DNA from: an uncultured Gammaproteobacteria bacterium
GTDB taxonomy: Bacteria; Patescibacteriota; Patescibacteriia; UBA9934; CAMTUG01
Direction of reading: 5' to 3'
Assembly: GCA_964588955.1 (NCBI GenBank)
Contig: CAZPQJ010000006.1
Span: forward strand, 3,580 to 67,579
DNA length: 64,000 nucleotides
Each line of letters begins with the position of its first letter. Positions within the stretch are counted from its first letter, which is position 1. Shown here one piece after another: positions 53,901-63,212 of the stretch. Made by a program: the position numbers and the translations under genes. The notes beneath the pieces are model-generated. The model was not told the DNA's origin, did no database searches, and saw nothing but the letters and a program-made list of their open reading frames with translations.

Positions 53901-56900
53901 ACGCTCAAAAATTATTCCGGATATAAAAATGTTGTCCTCGACGGCACGGCGGCAACGACGGTATTTACCTTGCCTGCTACTACATCGATCGCGGAGAATC
54001 TCACCATCACCAACGGTATACTTTCTCTCGCGGGCTTTGGTCTTACCGTAAGCGGCACGTTTAGTAATAATGATAACGTCCGTCAAATCGGATCGGAAAC
54101 TGTTTCTTTAACGCAAGATGTCGATTCAGGAACGTGGACGTATCTTGGGGATGGCGACGCCGCAGCAGATACCTACACGCTGGTAGATTTTGGGGTGACA
54201 GACTATTATAACCTGATTGTTGCGACGACTGATGCAGTGGACATCATTCAATCCGCTGGCGCAAAAGCTATTGCCGGTACGTTGGTTATTTCGTCGGGAA
54301 CGTACGATGCCAATGGACAAACAACCGCCACGACGGGGCTCGTCACGCTTTCGGGGGGAACGTATACGGGGGGATCCGCGACGCAAACATTTAACGCGGG
54401 GTTAACCCTTACAGGCGGAACATACACCGGAAGTTCAGGTGCAGCCGACGTCAATGGAACACTGACGCTTACTACCGGAACTTTTACCGCACCAACGTCG
54501 ACGACCATCTCCGGTGATTTTGTGAAAGGAGCGGCGACGTTTACTCACAATAGCGGTACGGTGACGTTCGATGCGAATACTAATCACAGCATTACCGGAA
54601 GTCCAAGTTGGAATTCGCTAACCTTACAGGACAGCAACGATAACGCCACCGACGTTGTTTTGACCATTGAAGCTGGATCCACGCAGACGATCAACGGAAC
54701 GTTAACGCTGGATGGACTTGATGCTTCGGATCGATTGAATATTGTTTCCTCATCACCAACGACAGCGTCGACGTTTGATTTTGAAGGCGCTTCAACGTTC
54801 AGTGGTGATTTTCTCGATATCACGGACAGTGTGGTAACAGATAATTCATCGGGCGTCAGCGCGCCGATCAACCCGTCGAATTCCGTAGAGGGTACGAATA
54901 CGACGAACTGGTTTTCTTCCACTCCCGCCGGCATTACGGTCTCCGCCATTTCCGGCAACACCACAGAAGCCGGCGGCACGGCGACGTTTACGGTCGTGCT
55001 AGACTCTCAGCCCTCTAACGACGTGGTCATCGGCATTTCTTCCAGCGACACCAGTGAGGGAACGGTTTCCGCCGCTTCGCTTACCTTTACCAACGGAAAC
55101 TGGAGCACGCCGCAAACGATTACCGTCACGGGTGTGAATGACGACTTGGACGACGGCGACATTGCTTACACGGTTATAACGGCCGCCGCCACCTCGGCCG
55201 ACGGCAACTACAACGCCATCAATCCCGCCGACGTCGCGGTTACCAACACCGACAACGATACTTCTGGCTTCACTGTTTCCGCGATCTCGGGAAACACCAC
55301 GGAAGCGGGTGGAACAGCCACCTTCACGGTCGTGTTGACCGCCCAGCCAACCGCGGACGTTTCTATTGGCATTACGTCTGATGATACGACGGAAGGTACT
55401 GTCTCCGCGCCAAGCCTCACGTTTACCGCAGGAAATTGGAGCACGCCGCAGACTGTTACGGTTACTGGTGTCAATGACGATTTGGATGATGGAGACATTG
55501 CCTACAATATTATTACGGCTGCCGCTACCTCGGCCGACGGCAACTACAACGCCATCAATCCCGCCGACGTCGCGGTTACCAACACGGACAATGACGCCTC
55601 GGGCTTTACGGTTTCGGCAATCTCGGGAAACACCACAGAAGCCGGCGGTACGGCAACAGCAACGATTGTGTTGACCGCCCAGCCAACGGCCGATGTCACC
55701 GTCGGCATTACCAGTTCAGACACCACCGAAGGTACGGTGTCGCCCGCGTCGGTTACGTTCACGAGCGGTAATTGGTCAACACCGCAGACAATCACTGCTA
55801 CGGGTGTAAATGACGATCTTGATGATGGAGATATTGCCTATTCCTTAGTCACGGCTGCGGCGAGTTCTGCCGACGGGAATTACAACGGTATCAACCCTGC
55901 TGACGTAAACGTCACCAACACCGACAACGATACTTCTGGCTTCACTGTTTCCGCGATCTCGGGAAATACCACGGAAGCGGGTGGAACAGCTACCTTCACG
56001 GTCGTGTTGACCGCTCAGCCAACCGCGGATGTTTCTACGGGTATTTCTTCAAATGACACAACCGAGGGTACAGTTTCGGTGGCCAGTCTCACGTTCACGA
56101 GCGGCAACTGGGCAACGCCACAAACCGTCACGGTTACCGGCGTGGATGATTTGGTCGACGATGGCGATGTTGCTTATGCGATTGTAACGGCCGCTGCAAG
56201 TTCGGCCGACGGCAACTACAACGCCATCAATCCCGCCGACGTCACGGTTACCAACACGGACAACGACACAGCTGGCGCAACAGCAAGCGCTATTTCCGGT
56301 CACACCACAGAAGCGGAAGATACAGCGACATTTACGGTCGTTTTGACGGCGCAGCCAACGGGCGACGTGAGTATTCCACTTTCGTCTTCGGACGCGACGG
56401 AAGGCGCCGTGAGCCCTGCGAGTCTTACCTTCACTAACCTCAATTGGGACACGCCGCAAACGGTGACGGTGACTGGGGTTGATGATTCACTTGATGATGG
56501 CGATGTTGCGTTCAGTGCCTTGCTCGGGGCGATCACTTCGACCGATGGGGCGTACAGCGGTTTGAATCCTGCCGACGTAACTGTCATCAACGACGATAAC
56601 GACACTTCCGGCTTCACCGTTTCCGCCATTTCCGGTAATACCACGGAAGCCGGCGGCACGGCTACATTTACCATCGTGTTGACCGCTCAGCCAACCGCGG
56701 GCGTCACCATTGGGCTCAGCAGCTCGGACACGACAGAGGGTACGGTTGCGGCGAGTACATCGTTTACCACGGTGAACTGGAACACTCCAAAAACGATTAC
56801 CGTGACGGGTGTTGATGATGTTATTGACGACGGCACGGTTGCCTATTCCATTATTACCGCCGCCGCCAGTTCTGCCGATACCAACTACAACGGTTTGAAC

Positions 56901-59900
56901 CCTGCCGACGTTTCTGTCTCCAACACCGATGATGATGCGGCTGGATTTACTGTCTCGGCGATTTCTGGCAACACCACGGAAGCAGGAGGAACGGCAACCT
57001 TCACGGTGGTGTTGAATACGCAGCCGGTGGCGGACGTCATTATTCCGTTGTCCTCCAACGACACCACGGAAGGTACGGTCAGTCCATCGAGCCTCACGTT
57101 TACAAATCTCAATTGGGACACGCCACAAACAGTAACGGTTACGGGGGTGAATGATAATCTTGACGATGGAGATATTGCCTATTCCATTATTACCGCTGCG
57201 GCGACATCTGATGATGCTCCATACAGTGGTTTGAATCCTGCCGACGTCGCGGTTACCAACACGGATAATGACGCCTCCGGCTTTACGGTTTCGGCGATCT
57301 CAGCAAATACGACAGAAGCTGGTGGCACGGCTACCTTCACGGTCGTCTTGACTGCCCAGCCGACTGCAGACGTATCCGTTGGTTTGTCTTCCAACGACAC
57401 GAGCGAAGGCACGGTTTCTCCCGCATCGCTCACGTTTACGAGCGGTAACTGGTCAACACCGCAGACGGTAACGGTTACCGGTGCTAATGATGATCTGGAC
57501 GACGGCGATATTGCTTACTCCGTCGTCACGGCGGCAGCCAGTTCGGCCGACGGCAACTACAACGCCATCAATCCCGCCGACGTCGCAGTTACCAACACGG
57601 ACAATGATGTTTCTGGCGTCACAGTCTCCGCGATCTCTGGTAACACCACGGAAGCCGGCGGCACGGCAACCTTTACGGTGGTTCTGGATGCTCAGCCAAC
57701 AGGGGACGTGGTTATTGATTCCGCTACGGATGACGCAACGGAAGGCGTTGTTACTTCTGGGGCAATTCTGACCTTCACTAGTGGTAACTGGTCAACGCCG
57801 CAAACGGTTACGGTTACCGGTCAAGACGACACGCTCGACGACGGCAACATCGCCTATCATATTGTGGTGACCACAGACACTGTCGCCACCAATGATGATT
57901 TGTACGATGCTGTTAATCCAAGTGACGTAAACGTAACAAATACGGACAACGACACTTCAAGCGTCACGGTTACCCAAAGCGGCGGTACGACTTTGCTAAC
58001 GGAAGGGGGAGCCACAGACAGCTATACCCTTGTTTTGACCGCGCAACCTACCGACGATGTTGTCGTAACAATCACACCAAATGCGCAAGTGGAGATAAGT
58101 GTTCCTACGGTTACCTTTACGAATGCTAATTGGTCGACCCCGCAAACGGTTACCGTCACTGCGGTGGATGATGCCGATATTGAAACGTCTCCGCATAGCG
58201 GCGTGGTAAGCCACACGGTGGCTTCGACGGATCTTAATTACAACGGGGCTGTCGTCGCTTCAGTGAGCGCTTCCATTACCGACAACGACCATGTTGGTGT
58301 CACGGTTTCCGTTATCTCTGGTGACACCACGGAAGCCGGCGGCACGGCAACGTTTACCGTTGTACTGCAAAATATTCCTACCGATGACGTGGTGGTTGCT
58401 TTGGCAAGTTCTGACGAAGGGGAGGGAATCCTTGACCAAACGACTCTTACATTCACCATGGCTAACTGGGACACGCCGCAGACAGTTACAGTTACCGGTG
58501 CGGATGATTTCCTGGATGATGGCGACGTAGGGTATACCGTGCTGGTTGGTCTGATCACTTCTGCTGATTTTCGGTATAACGGATTTGATCCAGGTGACGT
58601 CGCCGTCACTAACACAGATAATGACACCTCTGGTTTCACGGTCTCTGCCATCTCTGGTAACACTACGGAAGCTGGAGGTACGGCAACCTTTACAGTGGTG
58701 TTGACTGCGCAACCAACCGCGGATGTGTCTATTGGCATTTCGTCCGATGATACGACAGAAGGTACAGTCTCTGCGGCAAGTTTGACGTTTACAAGTGGTA
58801 ACTGGTCGACACCGCAGACAATTACGGTGACAGGTGCCAACGACGACCTCGATGATGGCGATATCGCCTACAATATTATTACCGCTGCCGCTACCTCTGC
58901 TGACGGCAACTACAACGGTATCAATCCCGCCGACGTCGCCGTCACTAACACAGATAATGACACCTCTGGTTTCACGGTCTCTGCCATCTCTGGTAACACT
59001 ACGGAAGCTGGAGGTACGGCAACCTTTACAGTGGTGTTGACTGCGCAACCAACCGCGGATGTTTCTTTCAGTGTCACATCTTCGTCTCTTGATGATGGGA
59101 CGGTTTCGACGGCTAGTCTCACGTTTACCAGTGGTAACTGGTCAATACCGCAAACCGTCACCGTTACTGGCGTGGATGATTTGATCGACGACGGCGACAC
59201 AGATTACGTGATTATGTTGTCCGCGGCCGTTTCCGACGATCTACTCTATAATGGACAAGATCCGAACGATGTAAGTGTCACGAACACCGACAATGACACA
59301 GCGAGCGTAAGTATTACGCAACCGGGTGGTATTACTTCAGTGGCGGAAGGCGGTCCCACCGATACCTATTCCGTTGTTTTGACCTCGCAGCCGACCGCAG
59401 ATGTCTTTATTGATGTCATACCGAATGATCAAATTACAACCAATACGCTCTTTCTGACGTTCACGCCAGGCGACTGGAATGTCCCGCAAACCGTGACCGT
59501 CACTGCTGTTGATGATGATGTTGCCGAAGGATCCCACACGGGATTGATTGATCATAGTCCTGCCTCTGGCGACGCCCTGTACGGCACCATGCTGATTGAT
59601 TCAGTTACCGTGTCTATTGCCGATAATGACACAGCGGACGTGTTTGTAGATGGTGATCCGGGTAACACCACAGAAGCTGGGGGAACAACAACGTTTACGG
59701 TTGTCTTAACATCTTCGCCCACAGCAGACGTGATTATTTCTGTGACTAGTGCAGATGTGACGGAAGCGACGGTTAATCTTTCCAGCCTTACGTTTACTTC
59801 TGGAAACTGGTCGACGCCGCAAGTCGTAACGATTACCGGGGTAGATGATTTAATCGATGATGGAGATGTTGCTTACACGATCGAACTTGGTTCAACCGTC

Positions 59901-61847
59901 TCTGACGACCCACTCTATAATGGATTGATACCAGCTTCTGTTAATCCGTTGAACATCGACAACGATACTGCGTCTGTTGCTGTAACGGTTTCGGGTGGCA
60001 CCACCGATGTGACTGAAGGTGGAGCGACAGACACGGTGGATGTTGTTTTGCAAACCCAACCGTTGGCTTCCGTGGTTGTTTCGTTGACCGTTGGCGCGCA
60101 GATCACGACGTCTGCCTCGGCTCTTACGTTCACAACCGACAATTGGAGTACCCCGCAAACGGTGACGATTTCGGCTGTCGATGACTCGGTGGATGAAACA
60201 TCCCCAGTATCGGTAACGGTGAGTTGGGCAACCGCTTCGGATGATAGTGCCTACAACGCCCTTGTTGTTGTGAATACAACCGTCGCTGTGACCGATAACG
60301 ACACAGCCGCGGTAACCGTCACGCAATCTGGGGGCACAACCAATGTTACGGAGGGGGGAGACAGTGACGCCTATGCCGTCGTCTTGGTGACGAAACCAAC
60401 AGCATCAGTAACCATTTCTGTGGTTCCTGATAGTGAGTTGACGACAGACGTTTCTACACTCACTTTTACGGTGGATAATTGGGATACTCCACAGGTTGTG
60501 GTGGTAACTGCGGTAAATGATTCTGTTGTGGAAAGTTCAGAAGTGCACAGCGTGATTCATATTAGTACGTCGGCGGATCCATTTTTCAACGGCTTGTCCG
60601 TTTCCAGTGTCTTGGTGACGGTGACGGATAATGATACAACTGGCGGCGGGGGTGATTCTGGCGGTGGTGGCGGCGGGTCATCTTCGGGATCGGAAACGAT
60701 CGATTTAACCATCACCAATCCGGTAGAGGGAGCAACGTATCCAACGGGTTATAGTTTGCCGGTGCGTTGGGGATGGACGGGAACGATTCCAGCCGTCAAC
60801 GTCTACATTTCTCGCGACGACGGTGCTACCTGGACACTTCTGCGCTACGCGGAAACAAACGATGGATCGACAACGATTGGAGCCGTGGAAACAGAAGGAC
60901 AGGCATTGATTAAAGTTGAGGGGACGAACTACATTCGTGTTTTGGCGACAGATACCGTTGGGCCGTTCTTGTACAGCGCGTCGGTGGATGCGCCGACGGA
61001 TGAAACGGGGGCGGGGAGTGGAAGCGGTTCTACGACAGATACGGAAAGTTCTGTTGCTGATCGCGTCGACGCTCTCCCGGATGGGGTTTCTGTTCACGGT
61101 TTGGTGAAGTTGGCCGACGACGGTAATCTTGCCACGGCTACGGATTCGGTCGTGTACTACATTGGCGCCGATGGTCGTCGTCACGTCTTCCCCAACGGCA
61201 AAGTGTTCTTGAGTTGGAATTGTGACTTCGGTCAGGTGAAGACCATTGCCCCGGCTACCTTGGCGATGATTCCACTTGGCAAAAACGTTACGTATCGCCC
61301 TGGTTACAAAATGGTCAAGTTCCAAACGGATCCACGCGTCTTCGCCGTAGATAAAGACGGATCCTTGCGATGGGTGTTAGATGAAGCCTCAGCGACGGCG
61401 CTGTATGGTGATCAATGGAACCAGCACATCGACGACATTTCCGACGCCTTCTATACCAACTATGTTTTCGGAGACATTTTGTCTGATCCCAGCTGGAGCG
61501 CCGATACAGTGGCAGTGGACGTTTCCTATCCGAGCGATATTATGAACGTGCCTGGGTATATGGTTGTGCCAAGTGGTTCTTTCTGCCCCGATGTTTCTTC
61601 TGCGCCGTCGACAGTGGATACTACCACTGACACCGACGGTGATGGGCTGACTGACGCGGAAGAACAGACATTAGGCACGAATCCCATTGTGGCCGATACC
61701 GATGCCGACGGTCTCTCCGATGGCGACGAAGTCCATCTCTACATTACCGATCCATCAAACCTTGACACAGACGGTGATGGGTATTTAGATGGAGTGGAAG
61801 TGAAGAGCGGGTATGATCCTAAAGGTTCGGGAAGATTAGTGACCTAG
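50940..61847 (+). CDS. giant surface protein (3635 aa): signal peptide, ~1300-aa Thr/Gly-rich beta-helix-like region, at least 17 tandem ~112-aa Calx-beta/cadherin-like repeats, C-terminal TSP3 repeats
   Basis: It is a single uninterrupted frame. The N-terminal region has periodic GGTFTGGSGTVTHTGAFTLSGAG units. The repeats read SGFTVSAISGNTTEAGGTATFTVVLTAQPTADV...GNWSTPQTVTVTGVNDDLDDGDIAY...NPADVAVTNTDND. The C-terminus has DTDGDGLTDAEE, DTDADGLSDGDE and DTDGDGYLDG. Confidence 0.7.
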   Translation: MLSFLRGRGSQHIAGVFFVCVFLFFGNLFFTHQAHAAVVTWTGLGLDGQWNTGTNWSTGSKPAAADTATFDGTCGVNCAVTINTNVSITAINMASGYTGTITQSNTNTVALTGSFTLTAGTYVGSTQTLSIATTYTQTGGTFTGGSGTVTHTGAFTLSGAGAVYTASSGTTIFSSNFTHSAGTGTFTHNSGLVSITGGSTRTFDFATSETFGSVTLNKTTATSLTIASGDTMIVTGTSTLTDGNLTTGTWDARGTTSWASTFDGGTGTLLLGGSAVVAATLNSGNTAVNLSITNANVTVDTAGSGTVAVGALTMSAGVLNANAATMTYSGAVALSGGTYNAPTSGAGTTTFSSTFDQTLTGVFAGGTNAVTHTGAFTLSGAGATYTATSGTTTFSAGFTHTAGTGTFTHNNGSVKFSGSASTTNVATSEAFYNVELAKNNATLLTVSSGDTLVVNNTLTLTNGGFGTGTVEALNTISLNAGWDGGGGTLLIDGVNTQTLALNGGGAAIASTVTLNNANFTFSGTGAGTLTFSAVNLQAGTIDATGYSMTFSGAYNQSGGTFTGGSGTVTHSTFTLSNGTYTATSGTTNISTTWTHSAGTFNHGSGTISSTGGTFTMTIVDQDVFYNATFTVTNANTRTISGGTLIVANTFYFSSGGGALTGTFDLRGDITGGGTTFPGTRTISITGTADQTWSIPSGFSGTFTVDKSAGTVNQTTAITTGTWTFTAGTWNANDSGFTPNSTYTHNGGTMNFGGSTVTLGNFTFSAGTVNATTATMTVNGNWTHTAGGTFNHNNGSVSISTGTTAVDVASTETFYNLTVSPSSTRTITIANGDSCIVLGTLTLSGSNGTIAQTTKPAEGSFQLYGDLTLGASFANATTTFGFYGSATQHLTEGAAKAIGNITIDKSGGSVILDSTLDDGNTMTVTVTNGTLDLNGNAISMNATSSKLIINAGGTLKLQGGETITTTGASYPQWDAGSTIYYYGTGAAYTLKNYSGYKNVVLDGTAATTVFTLPATTSIAENLTITNGILSLAGFGLTVSGTFSNNDNVRQIGSETVSLTQDVDSGTWTYLGDGDAAADTYTLVDFGVTDYYNLIVATTDAVDIIQSAGAKAIAGTLVISSGTYDANGQTTATTGLVTLSGGTYTGGSATQTFNAGLTLTGGTYTGSSGAADVNGTLTLTTGTFTAPTSTTISGDFVKGAATFTHNSGTVTFDANTNHSITGSPSWNSLTLQDSNDNATDVVLTIEAGSTQTINGTLTLDGLDASDRLNIVSSSPTTASTFDFEGASTFSGDFLDITDSVVTDNSSGVSAPINPSNSVEGTNTTNWFSSTPAGITVSAISGNTTEAGGTATFTVVLDSQPSNDVVIGISSSDTSEGTVSAASLTFTNGNWSTPQTITVTGVNDDLDDGDIAYTVITAAATSADGNYNAINPADVAVTNTDNDTSGFTVSAISGNTTEAGGTATFTVVLTAQPTADVSIGITSDDTTEGTVSAPSLTFTAGNWSTPQTVTVTGVNDDLDDGDIAYNIITAAATSADGNYNAINPADVAVTNTDNDASGFTVSAISGNTTEAGGTATATIVLTAQPTADVTVGITSSDTTEGTVSPASVTFTSGNWSTPQTITATGVNDDLDDGDIAYSLVTAAASSADGNYNGINPADVNVTNTDNDTSGFTVSAISGNTTEAGGTATFTVVLTAQPTADVSTGISSNDTTEGTVSVASLTFTSGNWATPQTVTVTGVDDLVDDGDVAYAIVTAAASSADGNYNAINPADVTVTNTDNDTAGATASAISGHTTEAEDTATFTVVLTAQPTGDVSIPLSSSDATEGAVSPASLTFTNLNWDTPQTVTVTGVDDSLDDGDVAFSALLGAITSTDGAYSGLNPADVTVINDDNDTSGFTVSAISGNTTEAGGTATFTIVLTAQPTAGVTIGLSSSDTTEGTVAASTSFTTVNWNTPKTITVTGVDDVIDDGTVAYSIITAAASSADTNYNGLNPADVSVSNTDDDAAGFTVSAISGNTTEAGGTATFTVVLNTQPVADVIIPLSSNDTTEGTVSPSSLTFTNLNWDTPQTVTVTGVNDNLDDGDIAYSIITAAATSDDAPYSGLNPADVAVTNTDNDASGFTVSAISANTTEAGGTATFTVVLTAQPTADVSVGLSSNDTSEGTVSPASLTFTSGNWSTPQTVTVTGANDDLDDGDIAYSVVTAAASSADGNYNAINPADVAVTNTDNDVSGVTVSAISGNTTEAGGTATFTVVLDAQPTGDVVIDSATDDATEGVVTSGAILTFTSGNWSTPQTVTVTGQDDTLDDGNIAYHIVVTTDTVATNDDLYDAVNPSDVNVTNTDNDTSSVTVTQSGGTTLLTEGGATDSYTLVLTAQPTDDVVVTITPNAQVEISVPTVTFTNANWSTPQTVTVTAVDDADIETSPHSGVVSHTVASTDLNYNGAVVASVSASITDNDHVGVTVSVISGDTTEAGGTATFTVVLQNIPTDDVVVALASSDEGEGILDQTTLTFTMANWDTPQTVTVTGADDFLDDGDVGYTVLVGLITSADFRYNGFDPGDVAVTNTDNDTSGFTVSAISGNTTEAGGTATFTVVLTAQPTADVSIGISSDDTTEGTVSAASLTFTSGNWSTPQTITVTGANDDLDDGDIAYNIITAAATSADGNYNGINPADVAVTNTDNDTSGFTVSAISGNTTEAGGTATFTVVLTAQPTADVSFSVTSSSLDDGTVSTASLTFTSGNWSIPQTVTVTGVDDLIDDGDTDYVIMLSAAVSDDLLYNGQDPNDVSVTNTDNDTASVSITQPGGITSVAEGGPTDTYSVVLTSQPTADVFIDVIPNDQITTNTLFLTFTPGDWNVPQTVTVTAVDDDVAEGSHTGLIDHSPASGDALYGTMLIDSVTVSIADNDTADVFVDGDPGNTTEAGGTTTFTVVLTSSPTADVIISVTSADVTEATVNLSSLTFTSGNWSTPQVVTITGVDDLIDDGDVAYTIELGSTVSDDPLYNGLIPASVNPLNIDNDTASVAVTVSGGTTDVTEGGATDTVDVVLQTQPLASVVVSLTVGAQITTSASALTFTTDNWSTPQTVTISAVDDSVDETSPVSVTVSWATASDDSAYNALVVVNTTVAVTDNDTAAVTVTQSGGTTNVTEGGDSDAYAVVLVTKPTASVTISVVPDSELTTDVSTLTFTVDNWDTPQVVVVTAVNDSVVESSEVHSVIHISTSADPFFNGLSVSSVLVTVTDNDTTGGGGDSGGGGGGSSSGSETIDLTITNPVEGATYPTGYSLPVRWGWTGTIPAVNVYISRDDGATWTLLRYAETNDGSTTIGAVETEGQALIKVEGTNYIRVLATDTVGPFLYSASVDAPTDETGAGSGSGSTTDTESSVADRVDALPDGVSVHGLVKLADDGNLATATDSVVYYIGADGRRHVFPNGKVFLSWNCDFGQVKTIAPATLAMIPLGKNVTYRPGYKMVKFQTDPRVFAVDKDGSLRWVLDEASATALYGDQWNQHIDDISDAFYTNYVFGDILSDPSWSADTVAVDVSYPSDIMNVPGYMVVPSGSFCPDVSSAPSTVDTTTDTDGDGLTDAEEQTLGTNPIVADTDADGLSDGDEVHLYITDPSNLDTDGDGYLDGVEVKSGYDPKGSGRLVT
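54900..60650 (+). repeat. in-frame tandem coding repeats, unit ~333-339 bp, including near-identical copies
   Basis: The 47-mer ggcaactacaacgccatcaatcccgccgacgtcgcggttaccaacac recurs at ~55201, 55540, 56206 and 57552. A ~113-bp block at 58614 is repeated exactly at 58952. Confidence 0.7.
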
Positions 61848-61852
61848 CATCT

Positions 61853-62449
61853 ATGGAACGACTACGATCTGAATGCCCGTTGTGTGGCGGTGTGGAACTC
61901 CCCACGGGAAAATTGGAATTGCGTGAAGACGGCAAAGAATATGCTGAGTTTTCCTGCCACTCCTGCGGATCTACAGGTTGGGAATGGGCGATTGGACGAG
62001 AAAACATGGTGTTGATGGAAAGTCCGATTCCGTGGCTGCATTGGTTGGCGATACGATTGAGCGTCGTGTTGTTTCTCGCTGTATTTTTCTTGGTATTCGT
62101 ATCGTTGGGTGATACGCGGTTTATTGGATGGATTTCGGCATTCGTTTTGAGCGGGGGAGTGCTGCTTTTTCTCGGCCAGCGTGTTCGTACGGTCAAACGG
62201 CATCCAGTAACAGGAGAGGTAACCATTATTTGGGGGAAACGTTTTCCTGTCACCTATGCACGTTTTTCTGCGGATGCGTGGGCGGAGATTATTCTGGAAG
62301 AGAAAAAGCGACCGCGACCCGCATACGCGTTGTATGGGATTACCAAAGACCAACAAACGGTACTTCTCTGTAGATCATCTTCATTAAGTGATGTACAATC
62401 GTGGAACGATGTCATGAACGAATCCTTAGATATTCAAACTCATCCGTAA
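61853..62449 (+). CDS. zinc-ribbon plus two-TM hypothetical protein
   Basis: The N-terminal CPLCGG...CHSCGS are two CxxC pairs, followed by two hydrophobic helices. Confidence 0.4.
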   Translation: MERLRSECPLCGGVELPTGKLELREDGKEYAEFSCHSCGSTGWEWAIGRENMVLMESPIPWLHWLAIRLSVVLFLAVFFLVFVSLGDTRFIGWISAFVLSGGVLLFLGQRVRTVKRHPVTGEVTIIWGKRFPVTYARFSADAWAEIILEEKKRPRPAYALYGITKDQQTVLLCRSSSLSDVQSWNDVMNESLDIQTHP

Positions 62450-62458
62450 CCTATCTTT

Positions 62459-63133
62459 ATGAAGCAGCTGTTTTTCTTAGTCGTCGGAATTGTGGTCGGC
62501 GCGGGCGCAATTTATTATTATGGCGGGCAGATCCGTGCGGTGTTGCCGATTACCTTGCCAGCGCAGACCGAGAGCGTGGCCGGCGTCGCCTATGCCACGA
62601 CCGATTGGAAAGTCTTACAGGCGGGAATGGTGAGTGGTGCAAATAGTGATCAGTATTGGGGGTACAAAATTTCTTATCCACGGGATTTTGAATCGCGTCC
62701 CGACGAAACGCACATGACCGGTTTGTTAAACAACGCGGGTTGGAAAATGATGTTTCCCACGGATGCCTTTGCCGACAAGAAGACAAATTTTAATGAGGCG
62801 TGGATGACGGTCGATTTTGACACGAACAAGACAGGCGAACAGTGTGCGGATGTTAGCGCCGATCCAAACGCCAAAGCGTTGCCAGATGAGACCATCAACA
62901 ACGCTACCTATCGTGTGTATCAAACGTCTGATGCTGCCGCTGGGAATTTGTATAACACCAAAATCTATCGCGCCATGGTTAACAGTGTCTGTGTGGAAGT
63001 AGCGCAAACAGTGCATACCGGCAACATTGGCAACTATGATCCCGGCACGGTTAGTGAGTTTGACACCAAACAGACCGATGCGATTTTCGCCGAGATGTTC
63101 AAGGGGTTAACATTCACGCAAGTGCAACCGTAA
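62459..63133 (+). CDS. secreted/membrane-anchored hypothetical protein
   Basis: It has an N-terminal TM/signal (LFFLVVGIVVGAGAIYYY) and no recognised motif. Confidence 0.4.
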   Translation: MKQLFFLVVGIVVGAGAIYYYGGQIRAVLPITLPAQTESVAGVAYATTDWKVLQAGMVSGANSDQYWGYKISYPRDFESRPDETHMTGLLNNAGWKMMFPTDAFADKKTNFNEAWMTVDFDTNKTGEQCADVSADPNAKALPDETINNATYRVYQTSDAAAGNLYNTKIYRAMVNSVCVEVAQTVHTGNIGNYDPGTVSEFDTKQTDAIFAEMFKGLTFTQVQP

Positions 63134-63154
63134 GACGGATCGATAAATAAAGAA

Positions 63155-63195
63155 GCGCCCCGCTGTCGACGTGCTCGACAGCGGGGTTTTTAGCG
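63155..63195. terminator. bidirectional rho-independent terminator
   Basis: gcgccccgctgtcgacgtgctcgacagcggggtttttagcgc is a 10-bp GC stem between convergent genes. Confidence 0.55.
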
Positions 63196-63212
63196 CAAGG
63201 CCTGGGGCGGGG

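Noticed and set aside
51428-59200. Many 60-260-aa ORFs on the minus strand and in alternative frames inside the giant repeat gene
   Set aside because: The repetitive low-stop sequence generates open frames in all phases. A single 10.9-kb in-frame ORF with coherent domain repeats explains the region.
54900-60650. Possible CRISPR array suggested by regular ~336-bp periodic repeats
   Set aside because: The repeats are in-frame protein-domain repeats inside one ORF. The unit is far longer than a CRISPR repeat-spacer unit. There is no short palindromic repeat, leader or cas gene nearby.
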